Below are positions 30,784-33,938 of a stretch of DNA of 33,938 bases, one piece after another. A program made the position numbers and the translations under genes. The stretch's first letter is position 1. The number at the start of each line of letters is the position of its first letter. Origin of the DNA: Macrostomum lignano (Eukaryota); the NCBI GenBank assembly GCA_002269645.1, contig NIVC01004832.1, positions 1 to 33,938 of the forward strand. Reading direction: 5' to 3'. A model generated the notes under the pieces. It ran no database searches. It was not told the origin of the DNA and worked only from the letters and a program-made list of their open reading frames with translations.

Positions 30784-33700
30784 TTATTTGAATCCATGAG
30801 GATGTGTTATAATTCCATTGGATTCAATGTATCTTTTGTCATCGAAAGGACTAATAGCCTTCTTATTTTGTTCTATTAAAGTCATGTTATGCTTGTCTGA
30901 TCTAAGGCTATACACTTTCCTATAGACTGGTTCGTTATAATCAAGTAGTATATTTCTATAGTCATCATATTGTACATGATGCTTCACTGTTGACTTTGAG
31001 ATTCCCTTTAATTTTTTCTCTTCCTTCCCTTCCTTTTGAGTGCTGACATAAACTGTTTTAAATGAATATGCTTTCGATCTTAGAGCGGTTACTTCTGTCA
31101 TTATGCAATCATATTTTGCCAATTCATCCTTGAATGTTCCCAGCTTTCCACAATTATTCATATCATGTAAATCAATCGGAAAATTTTTAGTATACAGCGA
31201 CAAATCGAAATGCTCCTTCATCTGAGCAATGTCTTTATAAATATTTTCTGTCTTTATATGAAGAATGAATGAGTCGGTGTCAGAGGTAACAATCTCAACA
31301 TTATCCCCCCATTTGGACTTGAAAACTTTGTAAAATGTTTCATACATATGCAATTTCGAGAGATCCAGAATTGCTTGTCCAGCGTATGTTGGCTTTGTTC
31401 CAAGAGGGATATTCTTAGGTCGCTGGTGAATGCAAATTAGATTTTCATTGAAGATTTTGAAGTCTATGAAATCTGGCTTGGATATTATCTTAGATATCTC
31501 ATCCTCACTTGTCAGCAACTCAAATCGCTTTCTCTTTTTAACATCCTCCATTGTCTTGCCAAAGATGCTTACATTAAGCATTTTGAACTGATTGTCTTCG
31601 AACTCAATTTTTGCTTCTTTTGCCTTCTTTCTTTCTATCGTATTAAACTCGATATACTCCTTTAACCATGGCTTTTCATTGAATGAAATCGTCCTATGTA
31701 CTTTTGTCACTTTCAAGCCCATCTCTTCATAGAATCGCAATAGCTTATGATGTACGATATATTTTGTTTTATTTTTTAAATTAAGGATCAATTTAGGAAC
31801 TTTTCCAATCTTTTTCATTTCGACTTCTAGACATCCTTTCTGATATTCACTCAATTCACTTTCTGACACAGTTGTACTTTCAGGTGCTAATGGGAAGGCA
31901 TACGTTTTCTTTTTTGATTCTTTTGTATATTCAAGATCACATTCAACAAGACAGCCCCGTCCTTCAGGAGGATTTTTATAATAGTTGGAATCAGCTTCCC
32001 ATTTAAAGTCAGAAAAAGGAAGGGGTTCCAACATACTATAACCATAGAGATTTGTACAATCAACGTAAAGTAAGTAGGAAGTTGGTTTTTCTAAATCATA
32101 GCCTGGAAGATAAGGATTATTTGCCTTTACATATCGTGACCCTAGAACTCCGCTAAATCCACCTCTTATTCCACTATCAATCATATGAATCATATCGATA
32201 TCCGCCAGCAAGTCTAACTCAACTTTACTTTTCTTCAACCCAGCATTCCAACTCAATCCTGGTGCTGAGAAGCATCTGGCTGGATCAATCTCAAAGTGTT
32301 TCAGGAAGAATGTTCTATAGCGTTCGAATACATCTGCTAATAATAGAACGTCAACCTTAAGATACAGCATCATATAATCCTCCAAATTCTTACAATTAAA
32401 AGTTTTCCACATTTGTTTTGCAAAATCATATTCATCTGAAGAAATGTCTTCACCTTTCAACCTCGAGTAAAACTCTTTCAATGGTGGTAACTCAGTTTCT
32501 GCTAATCTTCCAAAGCTTCTGATATACTCATATGGGAATACACCCTTGCGCTTAACATATTGAAAATCGCTGTCGTTTTTAAAGTATTTCTTTGTTATGA
32601 TGAAGTCTTCATCCTTCAGGGACTTTGCGCAGATATCCAGCGAGGAAGCCAAGAACCTGTATGAATCTAGGAACCTCAGTACTACTTTGTTACATCCAAA
32701 CTCGAGAGAAATGTACTCTTCAGAAGTTTTAGATAGTGGAGGAAATAATTTATCCTCCATGGTCTCTTTGCTCTTTAAGTGTGTCACTAAGAAGTGAAAG
32801 TCATAGTGGGATCCATTCTGGAAGTAGATTGGGATTACTCGCTTCTTACTCTCGAGAGCATTGCAGGATTTACAGGCAGCCCCTCTATATTTGCCACTAT
32901 AGTGACAATGTTCTCTTACCTTACCTAGCTTAAGTGTAAAGTCATTTTTACAATTCGCACATTTTTCAGCCCTGTAAAACTCTTTCCATTGTTGCTTTGT
33001 GATCTTATATTTACTTATATTATTGCTCTTGTTCAGACATTTTTTGCACCAAGATTCTATAGTAACTTTACTGTCAATTTCCTTCACATGCACCTTCATA
33101 TCTGGAACCATATCAAACTCCTTCTCGCATATGTAGCATTGTTTAGCCTTACAGAAAGAAGCCTCCTCTTGCGATGTCAAATTATGATTAATATGCTTAG
33201 GCTCCTTCAGACCATTCTTAATTTGTTGATAAATTTCAACCATTCTATCAACATATTTTTCCTTGGCATCTGTGCCACAATATCCTTCATACTTCGATTT
33301 AATTACCTCGGGTAACTCAGAATGGATATAAAAACCGTAAGCTATTGCGTTCTGATTTGCTACTTTTAGAGTATATGACTCTTTGTCTAAAATCTTAGTG
33401 AAGCTTTTACTTTGTGCTTCAATGGGTTCAGTTGTTGCTTCAAAGTCAGCATAGATAGCGATGGGTAGCTTTAGTTTGAATATATGATTCTTAAATTTCA
33501 GCTTCGATTCTTCCTTAGGTAATTTATAAAGACCGGGTGCATTTTTACCGCACAACCTTGAGTGCTCGGCCAACACGTTTTCACTTGTGTAAACAGTCAT
33601 GCATGTTCTGCATAAAAATGACTTGTGATTTACACGCTTTCCAGTTTGTTTTGAAACTAATGTTGTAAGATTTTTTATCAGACAATAATGAGTCTTACCA

Positions 33701-33938
33701 TCTTCCTCCAGGTATAGTAAATCTACTACATAAGTTCGTTGATTATGAGGTGAGACATAGAGATGTTGTAGTGTATCTGGGAATTTACCTTCATAATACA
33801 GCACATTAACAGCAAACTCTTCATTTAGTCTTTCAAACTTTTTTATATCTTTTATTCTCATGGGAATTGGATATCGGTGAGATTAAGTTCTTTTCATATG
33901 GTTTATATTTTGACACTCGATAACCATCTTTATTTGTG
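30784..33938 (-). CDS. polB: Protein-primed family B DNA polymerase; N-terminus continues off-window via a frameshift near 33865
   Basis: Exo I IYADFE, Exo II NGSHYDFHF, Exo III YLKVDVLLLADVFE. Pol motifs YVDCTNLYG, KMLNVSIFGKT, SDTDS and KLKGI. Endonuclease VII-like REHCHYSGKYRGAACKSCN. Upstream KYKPYEKNL-LTDIQFPM joins after a 1-nt shift. Confidence 0.95.

Larger units (their letters stand above)
20701..33938. mobile_element. Polinton/Maverick (adintovirus-type endogenous dsDNA virus), left terminus at 20701, right end off-window
   Basis: AGTAGT terminus typical of Polintons. Integrase, ATPase, protease, MCP and mCP lie on +, convergent with pPolB on -. Confidence 0.95.

Overview
Eukaryotic (invertebrate animal) genomic DNA. 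GC-rich exons sit in AT-rich, transposon-dense sequence; the style is reminiscent of a flatworm such as Macrostomum, but the host is an inference. Left part: a small-HERC (HERC3/4-like, RCC1+HECT) E3 ligase on the minus strand, then a 4-exon DCN1/DCUN1D gene. The introns of DCUN1D hold a G-rich microsatellite, a ~52-copy 50-bp tandem array derived from a SINE 3' stem-loop, and a mariner deletion derivative. Middle: SINEs, hAT and foldback non-autonomous elements, and a 5'-truncated Penelope-like element with a decayed minimal hammerhead ribozyme. Right: a TMEM134-like gene is interrupted, 26 bp into an intron, by a Polinton/Maverick (adintovirus-type endogenous virus) that starts with AGTAGT at 20701 and runs off the window. 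It encodes a PLA2 domain read through into the integrase, amphipathic core proteins, major capsid, packaging ATPase, minor capsid, cysteine protease, a two-discoidin fiber-like protein, a PSAP-bearing membrane protein and pPolB. Both host and viral ORFs carry scattered single-base indels, many in homopolymers. These look more like long-read errors than decay, so the element may be intact.
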